The notes beneath the pieces were generated by a model. The model did not search any database. It saw nothing but the letters and a program-made list of their open reading frames with translations, and was not told where the DNA came from. From the NCBI GenBank assembly GCA_963737265.1, contig CAVTRY010000002.1, forward strand, positions 1-64,000: a DNA stretch of 64,000 nt, in the 5' to 3' direction. Within the stretch, counting starts at the first letter, position 1; each line of letters opens with the position of its first letter. This document shows, piece by piece, positions 55,041-64,000 of this stretch. This DNA is from an uncultured delta proteobacterium. Its GTDB lineage: Bacteria; Myxococcota_A; Polyangia; Fen-1088. The position numbers and the translations under genes were made by a program.

Positions 55041-56606
55041 TCAGGGAGCGACCCAGATACTCACGTTCTGGAACGAGTCGACTAGTCGGTAGCCCTTGCC
55101 TGGCAAGTAGCCCGCAACGGGCCAAGACGCCCAATTGCCTTGCACGAACAGGGACGGCACGTGCTGGTCCATCATTACCGCCACTTCGTCGTGGGTGGCA
55201 ATGCCGACGCGGCGCCGCTCTTGGGGCGACAATCGGGGGGCGGCACGAAAACCGAAATCGTTGGCCAAGGTGGAAATGATCGGGGTTCGGGTCGTCACGA
55301 AATAGCCTGGCCACCAACTGGCGCCCATGGGCCGGTTCGCGGCGTCGATTTTTCGCGCCACGGTCAGGATCGTCGGAATCGACCAGCGGGCCACGCGATC
55401 CTCGGTCCACACGCCGGGAACAGCCTCGCCCGTAACAACGTACCGCCTAAGATCGCGCACCCCGAAGAGCACGTAAGGGATCGCCAGCGCCACGACGAGT
55501 GGCCACGCTTTCCACCCGCGCAGTGAGGCAAAGACCGTCACAGCTTCGGCCACCAGGAACGGCATCAGCAAACAGAAATACTGCGGGTGGGCTGGACTCG
55601 GAACCAGGCTGACCAAGAACAAGGCCAACCACAGATAGGAAGTGAGCCGATTGCGGCTTGAAAAGGGAGAGAGCAAGGCGACGAGCGCTGCTACGGTCAA
55701 GCCGAGGAACTGCAAGCTTCCCGGCAATCGCCCCTTGCCGTTGAGGTAGAAAATGGACAACAAGGTTTCCTTCTTGTTGGGCAGGTTGGTGATGAACCCA
55801 GTTTGTCCGAACTCGCGGATGCTGTGGTAGGTCCAGTTGCCGAACGCGAAATTGTGCCAGTCGCGCAGAACATAGGGCACGAGCAAGAGCGCGCCGGCGA
55901 GCGCTCCCGCGGCCAAGGCCGCGACAAATTTCAGTCCGCGGCGCGAGATCCCGTGCCGGCGCAGGAGAAATAGCAGCGCGCAGGGGAAGGCCACCACGAC
56001 GTACAGGCGGCATTCGACGGCCAGCGCGAAGGCGAGTCCGCCGCACGCCACGACCAGCGGAGTCTGCGCGGCCTCCAGCAACAGAACCCCGAGCGCCAGC
56101 AGGAAGGCGGTGAGGCCGAAGGGCTTGGCGATGGCGAACCAACCTCCAACCCATCCGGTGATGAGGTACGCCACCGCGCCGACCGCGGCCCAGCGCTTGC
56201 GCTGGCACGTGCGCAAAAGGATCTCCAGGATCACGAGGCCCGTGCCCGCCGCAATCAAACTGGAAAGCAGCCGCGCACAGTACCAGCCGCGCCCGAACAG
56301 CCGGAAGCAAGTACCGTAGACGTGCACCCAAAACGGCATCTGCGGGTAGAAAAAGTCGGTATAGAGCCGCTTGCCCTCGGAAACCAGCCGCGCTGCCTGG
56401 AGGAGATATCCTTCGTCGCCATCGATCAGGCGCAGCCGGCCGATGGGAATGAAAAAAGCCACGAGCCCGAGGGCGACGATGAGCCGCAGCCACCAGCGCT
56501 TGGCCGCCGCCGGTGGGGCTTCCAACGCGCTGGCGAACTGTCGCCCGATCCCGGCCCAGGCACGTTGAAGAATGGATATTCCCACGCTGTCCTCCCTTAG
56601 CCCCAA
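55041..56606 (-). CDS. ArnT/PMT-like (GT-C) membrane glycosyltransferase
   Basis: DGDEG, LYTDFFYPQMP, ARLLS; more than 10 TM helices. Confidence 0.75.
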   Translation of the reverse strand: MGLREDSVGISILQRAWAGIGRQFASALEAPPAAAKRWWLRLIVALGLVAFFIPIGRLRLIDGDEGYLLQAARLVSEGKRLYTDFFYPQMPFWVHVYGTCFRLFGRGWYCARLLSSLIAAGTGLVILEILLRTCQRKRWAAVGAVAYLITGWVGGWFAIAKPFGLTAFLLALGVLLLEAAQTPLVVACGGLAFALAVECRLYVVVAFPCALLFLLRRHGISRRGLKFVAALAAGALAGALLLVPYVLRDWHNFAFGNWTYHSIREFGQTGFITNLPNKKETLLSIFYLNGKGRLPGSLQFLGLTVAALVALLSPFSSRNRLTSYLWLALFLVSLVPSPAHPQYFCLLMPFLVAEAVTVFASLRGWKAWPLVVALAIPYVLFGVRDLRRYVVTGEAVPGVWTEDRVARWSIPTILTVARKIDAANRPMGASWWPGYFVTTRTPIISTLANDFGFRAAPRLSPQERRRVGIATHDEVAVMMDQHVPSLFVQGNWASWPVAGYLPGKGYRLVDSFQNVSIWVAP

Positions 56607-56613
56607 AAGGTCT

Positions 56614-58326
56614 CTACAGATACGGCGCGACCTTCGCCGGGTCTTTCACCACCAGGTAATCTTCGACGAACAGGGCATCGAGCCCGGTGGTCATAAGGCA
56701 TTTGATGGCCTCGTCCACGGTGTTGATGATGGGCTCGCCGCGGATGTTGAACGACGTGTTGAGCACGCAGTCCACGCCGGTGAGGCGACCGAATTCGCGG
56801 ATGAGGCGGTAGTAGCGGGGATTCTGTTTCTCGTTCACGGTCTGCACACGCGCGGTGCCGTCCACGTGAGTGATGGCGGGCAGCACATCGATCATCTCGG
56901 GCCGGGTCGGGTAGGCGCGCAGCATGTACGGCGAAGGCACGTCGCTAGCAAAGTATTTGCCGCACGATTCCTCCAGCACCGACGGAGCGTAGGGCCGGAA
57001 GGGCTCGCGGAACTTTACCGTGGCGTTGAGGAGATCCTTCATGTCCCTGCGCCGCGGATCCGCCACGATGGATCTGTTGCCGAGCGCGCGCGGACCGAAT
57101 TCGGCGCGGCCCTGAAACCACGCAATAATGAGTCCGTCGGCGACCATGCGCGCGGCCGTCAGCTCGGGCGCGAGCAGGGTGTGGTAGCGCAGCTGTCCGC
57201 GGTCGAGCACGGTGCGAACTTGAGCCGGCGTGAAGCCCTGGCCGAGGTATTCGCTCGCGATTTCCATCGAGCGCTTGCCCTTGTTCAAAAGATGCTCGAC
57301 CACCAGGGCCGCGCCCACCGAGGTGCCGGTGTCGCCCGCCGCCGGGTAGAAGAAGAGCCTCTCGAAGTCGGTCTCGCGCATGAGTCGGCCGTTGGCCACG
57401 CAGTTGAGCGCCACGCCGCCAGCCAGGCACAGGTTCTTCGCACCGGTCAGCTCGCGAGCAACCCGCGCCAGGTGCAACATAGCTTCCTCGGTGACGGTCT
57501 GGAGCGCGAACGCGATGTCCTCGTGGCGCTTGTCGACCGCGCTCTCGGGCGCGCGCGGCGGCCCGAGCAGACTCACCAATTTTTCGCTGTAGCGATGCGG
57601 GCGCTCGTGAAAGTACTCGAAATACGACAGATCCAATTCGAATCCGCGCGGGCCGAGCGACACCAGCTTGCGCAGCTTGCCCACGTAGTCGCTGCCCTTG
57701 CCGTAGGAAGCCAGGCCCATGACCTTGCCCTCGCCGCTGTTGGCGCGAAAACCGAGATAGTCGGTGAGCGCGGCATAGAACGATCCGATGGAATGGGGAA
57801 AGTCGACCTCGGCCAGAAGCTCGAGGTTGCTGCCCCGGCCGCGGAAAATCGTCGTCGACTGGCGCTCGCCGTAACCGTCGGCGGTCAGAATCGCGGCGTC
57901 CTCGAAGGGAGAGGTGAAGAACGCAGCCGCTGCGTGGCACAGGTGGTGCGTGAGGTAGTGAATCGCCAGGCTCCGCCCCGACGCCAGCTGCACAGTCTGG
58001 GCGATGCTGCTTACCGGCTCGCCTAGGCGCGAAATCAACCGCGCCGGAACGCCGTACAGATATTCGAGGTGATGGCGAACCGAATTCGTCAGGCGACGCT
58101 GCGGCGCCTCGGCGTGGATGCCGGGGTTCCAGAAAAACGCCACCGCGTCCAAGTCGCCGAGCTGCAATGCCTGCATTTTCAGGCAGAAGTCGATGGCCTT
58201 GTCGGGAAAAGCCGAGTCGTGCTTGAGGCGCGTAAAGCGCTCCTCTTGGCTAGCCGCGATAACCCGACCGTCGACCACCAGGGCGGCGGCGGCGTCGTTG
58301 GAATGATTGATGCCCAGGATCTTCAT
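56614..58326 (-). CDS. NodU/CmcH-family O-carbamoyltransferase
   Basis: EERFTR.KH, HHLCHAAAAF, DGYGE, EGKVMGLA, GGVALNC, EFGPRALGNRS, NTSFN. Confidence 0.93.
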   Translation of the reverse strand: MKILGINHSNDAAAALVVDGRVIAASQEERFTRLKHDSAFPDKAIDFCLKMQALQLGDLDAVAFFWNPGIHAEAPQRRLTNSVRHHLEYLYGVPARLISRLGEPVSSIAQTVQLASGRSLAIHYLTHHLCHAAAAFFTSPFEDAAILTADGYGERQSTTIFRGRGSNLELLAEVDFPHSIGSFYAALTDYLGFRANSGEGKVMGLASYGKGSDYVGKLRKLVSLGPRGFELDLSYFEYFHERPHRYSEKLVSLLGPPRAPESAVDKRHEDIAFALQTVTEEAMLHLARVARELTGAKNLCLAGGVALNCVANGRLMRETDFERLFFYPAAGDTGTSVGAALVVEHLLNKGKRSMEIASEYLGQGFTPAQVRTVLDRGQLRYHTLLAPELTAARMVADGLIIAWFQGRAEFGPRALGNRSIVADPRRRDMKDLLNATVKFREPFRPYAPSVLEESCGKYFASDVPSPYMLRAYPTRPEMIDVLPAITHVDGTARVQTVNEKQNPRYYRLIREFGRLTGVDCVLNTSFNIRGEPIINTVDEAIKCLMTTGLDALFVEDYLVVKDPAKVAPYL

Positions 58327-58443
58327 GCTTCACCTCGATGGCGCGGCCGACCGCACTGCGCGGGTTGCCGGCCAGCCTACCTTGCGACGGTAGCGTGGCC
58401 GCTAGGTGCGGTCAAAGAAGGACCCTGATAGTGTTCGTTCCCG

Positions 58444-59868
58444 ATGACCGACAAAGACAAGACAAAGGCGGCGCCCAAGGCCGGCGGCCGTGGTGCGCGT
58501 TTCCACGGTGCCATGGACGAAGCCGCCGCGGCCTTGAACGCGAGCGTGGATTTCGACCGGCGCCTCCTGCGCGACGATGTGCGCGGCAGCCAGGCGCATG
58601 CGCGCATGCTCGCTTTCGTGGGACTTATCTCCGCCGACGACGCCAAGCAAATCGTGACCGGCTTGGAACAGGTGGCGGGCGAATTCGAGCGCGGCGAGCG
58701 CACCATGGATCCCGCCCTCGAAGACGTGCACATGAACGTCGAGAGCCGCCTCATCGAGCTGGTCGGCGACGCTGGCCGCCGCCTGCACACCGCGCGCAGC
58801 CGCAACGACCAGGTCGCTACCGACATGCGGCTTTACGCCCTGTCCGCCGCCAGCGCCATCGTCATCGCCATCGACAAGGCGCGCGTCGCCCTATGCCGGC
58901 GCGCCCGCGAGCACGCGGCCACGCTCATCCCAGGCTACACGCACCTGCAGCGCGCCCAGGCCGTCACTCTCGGTCACCACCTGCTGGCCTACACCGAAAT
59001 GCTCGGCCGTGACCGCGGCCGTTTCCTCGATGCCGCCCGCCGCGCCTCCGAATGCCCGCTCGGTTCGGGCGCGCTTGCGTCCACCTCGCTACCCATCCAG
59101 CGCGAAATGACCAGCGCCGATCTCGGCTTCGCCGCGCCCACGCGCAACAGCCTCGACGCGGTTTCCGATCGCGACTTCTGCGCCGAGCTGGCCTTCGCTT
59201 GCGCGCTCTTGGGTGTGCACCTGTCGCGCCTGGGCGAAGAGCTGGTGTTGTGGTCGACCACGGAATTCGGCTTCGTACGCCTCGGCGAAGGACATTGCTC
59301 GGGCAGCTCGCTCATGCCGCAAAAACGCAACCCCGACATCGCCGAGCTGATGCGCGCCAAGCCCGGCCGCCTCATCGGCGACGTGGTGGCGCTGCTGACG
59401 GTGAGCAAAGGCCTGGCGCTCGCCTACAACAAGGACTTGCAAGAAACCCAGGAGCCCTTCTACGACGCCATCGAGACCACCCGACTGGTTCTCGACGTGC
59501 TGCCCCGCCTCATCGCCGGCCTCGAATTCAACGTCGAGCGCATGAAGGACGCCGCCAGCGATCCCGCCCTCGGCGCGACCGACCTCGCCGAGCACCTGGT
59601 ACGCGACGGCGTCCCCTTCCGCCGCGCCCACGAAATCGTTGGCAAGCTCGTCCGCCACGCCGAACAGCTCGGCCTCTCCCTGCGCGACGTGCCCGAGCAC
59701 GACCTGCCCCAAATCGCCGAAGAGCTTCACGTCGCCGCCTTGCAGGTGCTCAGCCCCGGCCGCGCCGTCGCCGGCCACACCGCCATAGGCGGCCCCGCCC
59801 CCGCGCAAGTCACGCATGAAGTTCAGCGCCTGACCGCCGAGCTCAAGGGCCTGGGTTACGAGGTGTAG
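58444..59868 (+). CDS. argH: argininosuccinate lyase
   Basis: EDVH, HTARSRNDQ, PGYTHLQRAQ, GSSLMPQKRNPD, YNKDLQE. Confidence 0.97.
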   Translation: MTDKDKTKAAPKAGGRGARFHGAMDEAAAALNASVDFDRRLLRDDVRGSQAHARMLAFVGLISADDAKQIVTGLEQVAGEFERGERTMDPALEDVHMNVESRLIELVGDAGRRLHTARSRNDQVATDMRLYALSAASAIVIAIDKARVALCRRAREHAATLIPGYTHLQRAQAVTLGHHLLAYTEMLGRDRGRFLDAARRASECPLGSGALASTSLPIQREMTSADLGFAAPTRNSLDAVSDRDFCAELAFACALLGVHLSRLGEELVLWSTTEFGFVRLGEGHCSGSSLMPQKRNPDIAELMRAKPGRLIGDVVALLTVSKGLALAYNKDLQETQEPFYDAIETTRLVLDVLPRLIAGLEFNVERMKDAASDPALGATDLAEHLVRDGVPFRRAHEIVGKLVRHAEQLGLSLRDVPEHDLPQIAEELHVAALQVLSPGRAVAGHTAIGGPAPAQVTHEVQRLTAELKGLGYEV

Positions 59869-59942
59869 AATGTCCAGCCGGGCTCGGACTTGGCGCTGAC
59901 ACACGCGTAGTCCGTACCGGAGAGCTCGGGCCCGGCAGTCCT

Positions 59943-60701
59943 TCAGCCCTCAGCGAAGGGATCGTGGTACGTGCCGAGGCGTTGCTGCACGAGACGGTGG
60001 ATGACCCCCGGCTGGTGGACGAGGTAGCGGTACCAGCGCTGGCGGGGCTCGCTTAGCAGTCGGTAGAACCATTCCAATCCTCCGTTCGTGATCCAGGTCG
60101 GAGGGCGCTCCAGTTTTCCGGCCTCGTAGTCAATCGTTCCTCCGAGTGGCAAGAAGGTTTTGACGTGAGGCATCCGCTCCCGATTCTTGACGATGAATTT
60201 CTCTTGCCGTCCGGCTCCCAATCCCACGAGGAGCACCGTCGCCCTGGACTCGTTGATCTTGGCGACCATCCGATCCACCTCGCCTGGCCTGCTATCGAAG
60301 TCGAGCGGAGGGGAATCGGTTCCCACCACCATCTCCCGCCCCACCTTGGCGTTCACGTTCTTGCCCGCCACGTCGGCCACCCCCGGCCCCCCACCACAGA
60401 TGAAGACGGTCACGCCGGGATCGCTCCGGTGCCGCATGTAATACCGTGGGAAGAAATCGGATCCCGAGACGCGCTCTTTGAACGGAGTTCCCAGGAGACG
60501 AGCTGCGACGACGAGGATTTGGCTGTCGCACGTGACGATGTCGAATCGAGGTAGGATGTCGTAAAATTGCCGATCTTTTTGCAGTTTCATTATCATGTCG
60601 ACGTGAAGGGTCAGCAACGTCCCTTCCTTGAACGAATCGAGCAATTCGTCCATGGTGATATTGTCGACTTCGACATTCAGAAGCTTGATCCGATCGCGCA
60701 T
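59943..60701 (-). CDS. WecB/TagA/CpsF (GT26) glycosyltransferase
   Basis: ERVSGSD, VGLGAGRQE, GLEWFYRLLSEP..RW.RY. Confidence 0.9.
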   Translation of the reverse strand: MRDRIKLLNVEVDNITMDELLDSFKEGTLLTLHVDMIMKLQKDRQFYDILPRFDIVTCDSQILVVAARLLGTPFKERVSGSDFFPRYYMRHRSDPGVTVFICGGGPGVADVAGKNVNAKVGREMVVGTDSPPLDFDSRPGEVDRMVAKINESRATVLLVGLGAGRQEKFIVKNRERMPHVKTFLPLGGTIDYEAGKLERPPTWITNGGLEWFYRLLSEPRQRWYRYLVHQPGVIHRLVQQRLGTYHDPFAEG

Positions 60702-60719
60702 TGTCGTTGACTCGGTACT

Positions 60720-61613
60720 TTATCGAACAGCGTCGCCCATCGCCGACGTCGGAGCGATTCCCCAAGCACGATCGATGAGCTCCTTGCTTTGTCGAATATT
60801 CCCCGGGGAAGACGCTCCGAACACGATGGAGTGAAGCCCTTCGAGCCCACAGACCCACTCGATGGCCTCCCGGGGCGGAATCGCGCCCGACGCGAAGATC
60901 GACATGGCGATGGCCCGGCATCGACTCGAACGTAGCAACTGCCGGTAGGCATCGATCCCGCCTGACATCCGAAAGCCAATCTTGTTGATATTGGCGCATA
61001 CGATTGGGTTCGCGATTCCCGCTCCCTCGAGAACATCAACCAGCATTGGCATGTTCATCGTAATGAAACCGGCCTCTGCGTCGTACTTTTCGCGAATGTG
61101 TTCGTGGAATGCTGGGAACACGTCGTAGAGCTTGAGGCCGAGCAACAGATCCGTCACCACATTTTGAACGAAGACCACCGGCGTCTTCACCCCCGCGAAG
61201 CGCTTCATTTCAGCGTCCACCAACATCTTCATCAGACGGTAGACGTCTTGCGTCACCGCCGAAATCGCTCCCTGAATCAATGTTCCAACCAGGCTTCCGG
61301 GGGCAAAGCGGCGAACGGTGTCGATGATTCCCACTTCACCCACCGAATTCGCGTACTTGTGCGCGTACGGCATGCATGGATAAAACTCGAAGTCGGCGTG
61401 TCGCTTGGGATTCGCTCGGATAATATCGATGATGTCACCAACGCGATCGTGGGTGGTACACATGAAGACCTTGATGCCGCAATCGTAGGCGGAATCGAGG
61501 ACGCGCATGATGGCGGGAGCGTCTTTGAACCGCGTCGCCTGGGCGCGTGATTTTTCTTCGGACATGTGGTTCACACCGAAGAACTGGTTGTCGCCGAATA
61601 GGATTCGTTCCAC
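60720..61613 (-). CDS. hypothetical protein, aldo/keto-reductase-like TIM barrel (inferred)
   Basis: ILFGDNQF, AYDCGI, AMSIFASG, SIVFGASSPGNI resemble AKR strands and loops. Confidence 0.6.
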   Translation of the reverse strand: MERILFGDNQFFGVNHMSEEKSRAQATRFKDAPAIMRVLDSAYDCGIKVFMCTTHDRVGDIIDIIRANPKRHADFEFYPCMPYAHKYANSVGEVGIIDTVRRFAPGSLVGTLIQGAISAVTQDVYRLMKMLVDAEMKRFAGVKTPVVFVQNVVTDLLLGLKLYDVFPAFHEHIREKYDAEAGFITMNMPMLVDVLEGAGIANPIVCANINKIGFRMSGGIDAYRQLLRSSRCRAIAMSIFASGAIPPREAIEWVCGLEGLHSIVFGASSPGNIRQSKELIDRAWGIAPTSAMGDAVR

Positions 61614-61614
61614 G

Positions 61615-62637
61615 CTAGCTTCCCGTCTGCGAGGTCTTCTTGATGAGGTCGATAATCCGATCGGTCTCGAAGGCGCTGGCGAAGGAGTTTTCGTGCTTAG
61701 GATCGCCCCGCAAGATTGCCGCGATGAAGGCTTCCAACTGCGCCGAGTACTCTTCGCCGCGCAGGTAGAAAGCGACGGGGGCCTGAAGATCGGTGATGTA
61801 GCGGACCGTCCATCCTGCGGGGTACGCCTCGAACTCCGCGCCGGCGCGGAGGTACACTTTGCACTCTTGCCGATCGGCGATGATCTTGCCGTTCGTTCCA
61901 GAGACGATGATCGTCGTGCTCATCTTCCGGTAGGTTTCGTCGCTCCAATTCGTCTCCAGAAGACCCGTGGCGCCGGACGGATACCGGAACAGGGCGTAAA
62001 CGGCGTCCTCTACGTCCTGGGAATAGATGCTTCGCAGCTGCGCGGCCAGCACCTGCTCGGGCGGGCCGACCACGAAGTTCATGAGGTCGACAACGTGCGA
62101 CGCATAGTCGTGAAGGCAACCGCCTCCTTCCGACTTCTTCGACCGCCACGTGCTTCCGGCCTTGGGGCGAGTCACAACGGGGCCGAAGGCCGTCCCGGAG
62201 ACATGGTAGATTTCCCCCAAGGCACCCGCTTTTACCAGTCGTTCGGTCTCGCGGAAGGTCCCAATGAAACGGTTGTGATAGCCGACCTGATTGGCGCACC
62301 CCTTCTCCTGCGCTATGTCCGCCAAGCGCCGACTGTCCTTCGGGTCGAGGCAGAGGGGCTTCTCCACAAATACGTGAAGCCCCCTCTCCATCGCGTAACT
62401 GGCGGCGTCAAAATGGGACGACGACGGCGTCGCCACGAATACGCAGTCGAGCTTGGCGGACTCGATCATCTTCCTGTAGTCCTTGAAAGCTTCGATCCCG
62501 GTATGCTTGCGTAACGCTGAGGTAACATATGTCGAGCTGTCGCATATCGCCGCCATCTGGACATCCGGGTGGGCACCCAGAATCGCATAGTGGGAAATTC
62601 CCATCTTCCCGACACCGATCAGTCCCGCTCGAATCAT
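61615..62637 (-). CDS. Gfo/Idh/MocA-family oxidoreductase
   Basis: GVGKMG, VATP...H, HVFVEKP, GGGCLHDYASH. Confidence 0.92.
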   Translation of the reverse strand: MIRAGLIGVGKMGISHYAILGAHPDVQMAAICDSSTYVTSALRKHTGIEAFKDYRKMIESAKLDCVFVATPSSSHFDAASYAMERGLHVFVEKPLCLDPKDSRRLADIAQEKGCANQVGYHNRFIGTFRETERLVKAGALGEIYHVSGTAFGPVVTRPKAGSTWRSKKSEGGGCLHDYASHVVDLMNFVVGPPEQVLAAQLRSIYSQDVEDAVYALFRYPSGATGLLETNWSDETYRKMSTTIIVSGTNGKIIADRQECKVYLRAGAEFEAYPAGWTVRYITDLQAPVAFYLRGEEYSAQLEAFIAAILRGDPKHENSFASAFETDRIIDLIKKTSQTGS

Positions 62638-62884
62638 GCTGAACCGTCCATAGATGCCGTTGACTCCTCGAGGATGGGGCTCACGATCGACAATCCCGGG
62701 ACCCTACACCGTCTGACAAACGCCTGACAAGGCTCTTGATGCTGGTGCTGGTACGTGCCGATCGTCCGACGTATCCGGTCGAGAGGGATGTGCATTTTGA
62801 TGAATAGACTGTATCATCGGTCTGGAAAGTACATCCCGCTCGGCTGATGGCCGATGCTCGTTCCCCTGTTGTCGGAGTGTCGCC

Positions 62885-63838
62885 TTGAATCGACGGTACG
62901 TCATCATCAGTCCGGCGCGAGACGAATTCGAGTTCGCACGCCGCACCCTCGACAGCGTGACCAGACAGACGGTGCCGCCGACCCTGTGGGTCATTGTCGA
63001 TGACGGATCGACTGACGGCACCTCCGGGCTACTCGCAGAGTACGCCGCTCGTTTTCCCTACATTCGCGTGCAACGACGACAAGATCGAGGAGTGCGGAGT
63101 GTTGGTCCGGGCGTCATCGAGGCGTTCTATGACGGCTTCAACGCGGTGGAGCAGCTCGACAGCTATGCCTATATCTGTAAGCTCAACCTCGACCTCGACC
63201 TGCCCCTGCGCTACTTCGAGTTGCTCATGGAGCGAATGGAGACGGAGCCCCGCCTGGGCACCTGCTCCGGCAAAGCGTACTTTCCGGGGCCGAGCAATCA
63301 CCTTAAGAATTGGGACGGCGAGCTGATCGGTGAACACTGCGGCGACGAAATGTCGGTCGGGATGACCAAGTTCTATCGGGTTGAGTGTTTCCAGGCCATC
63401 GGCGGGTTCGTCCGGCAGGTCATGTGGGATGGAATAGATTGCCATCGCTGTCGGATGCTTGGCTGGATCGCGCGTAGTTGGGACGATCCGGAGCTACGGT
63501 TCATTCACCTGCGACCGATGGGATCGAGCCATCAGGGCATAATCACGGGCCGCAAGCGCCACGGGTTCGGCCAGTACTTCATGGGAACGTCGTTGTGGTA
63601 CATGACGGCTAGCGCCGTCTTCCGGGCGGCACATTCCCCGTACGTGACTGGCGGCGCCGCGATGATGTGGGGCTATCTCGAGAGCATGATCAAGGGAAGG
63701 CCACGGCTCGAAGATCCAGAGTTCCGGGCGTTCCTGCGCCGCTATCAGCGGGACTGCCTGTTGCTGGGCAAGAAGCGCGCAACCGCCAGGTTGGACGCCC
63801 GTCAGGAGCCGCGCTGGCGACCGGGTCGGGCCGCGTAG
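62885..63838 (+). CDS. GT2/GT-A glycosyltransferase
   Basis: ISPARDE, IVDDGSTDGT, WDGID; DXD position reads NLD. Confidence 0.88.
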   Translation: MNRRYVIISPARDEFEFARRTLDSVTRQTVPPTLWVIVDDGSTDGTSGLLAEYAARFPYIRVQRRQDRGVRSVGPGVIEAFYDGFNAVEQLDSYAYICKLNLDLDLPLRYFELLMERMETEPRLGTCSGKAYFPGPSNHLKNWDGELIGEHCGDEMSVGMTKFYRVECFQAIGGFVRQVMWDGIDCHRCRMLGWIARSWDDPELRFIHLRPMGSSHQGIITGRKRHGFGQYFMGTSLWYMTASAVFRAAHSPYVTGGAAMMWGYLESMIKGRPRLEDPEFRAFLRRYQRDCLLLGKKRATARLDARQEPRWRPGRAA

Positions 63839-63900
63839 CCCATTAGCCGGATGGACGGACGTGCATCCACCGTGCGGGCGGTCACGCATCTGGCTCGCAG

Positions 63901-64000
63901 CTACTTGAGGCCCAGATGATCGAGGATGCGGGCAGCGTAGGTGTGCAGGTCGTCCAGGTGTTTGTCGGCTATTGCCAGCATGATGGCGGGATCGAGGGCC
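63901..64000 (-). CDS. C-terminus of a probable DUF86/HepT-like (HEPN) protein, cut by the window edge
   Basis: ...ALDPAIMLAIADKHLDDLHTYAARILDHLGLK*. Confidence 0.45.
   Translation of the reverse strand, partial: ALDPAIMLAIADKHLDDLHTYAARILDHLGLK

Overview
GC-rich bacterial window made of two apparently unrelated blocks. (1) 1-~12,790 looks Acidobacteriota-like and is heavily frameshifted. It holds a phage-like remnant (ParB-DNA methylase, DUF3489, HTH/terminase-small-like), a Ser/Thr kinase with a beta-propeller, a secreted protein, an IS1595 scar, an amidohydrolase and the C-terminal part of an ABC permease. It joins abruptly, mid-gene, to a truncated prepilin peptidase. (2) ~12,790-64,000 looks like a Myxococcota (Polyangia-like) chromosome. 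It holds rsfS-rlmH, a J-domain protein, gpmA, a four-thioredoxin DsbA-like protein, tRNA-Phe, surface proteins (including a disintegrin-like/FN3 lipoprotein), a degenerate Fic gene, a dcw cluster lacking mraZ and ending at murG, and marR-leuCD. It also holds a composite island at tRNA-Arg(UCG), a carbamoyltransferase/GT-C pair, argH and the edge of a polysaccharide locus. The most striking structure is the tRNA-Arg(UCG) locus. The intact tRNA is flanked by a duplicated 3' half on one side and a duplicated 5' half on the other, both ending at the self-complementary anticodon loop. Around it lie three different 11-bp-periodic arm-like repeat families, an xis-like gene, an integrase remnant, a complete ISKra4-like element and two conflict/defence-type genes. 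Product calls come from motif recognition only; no database searches were run.
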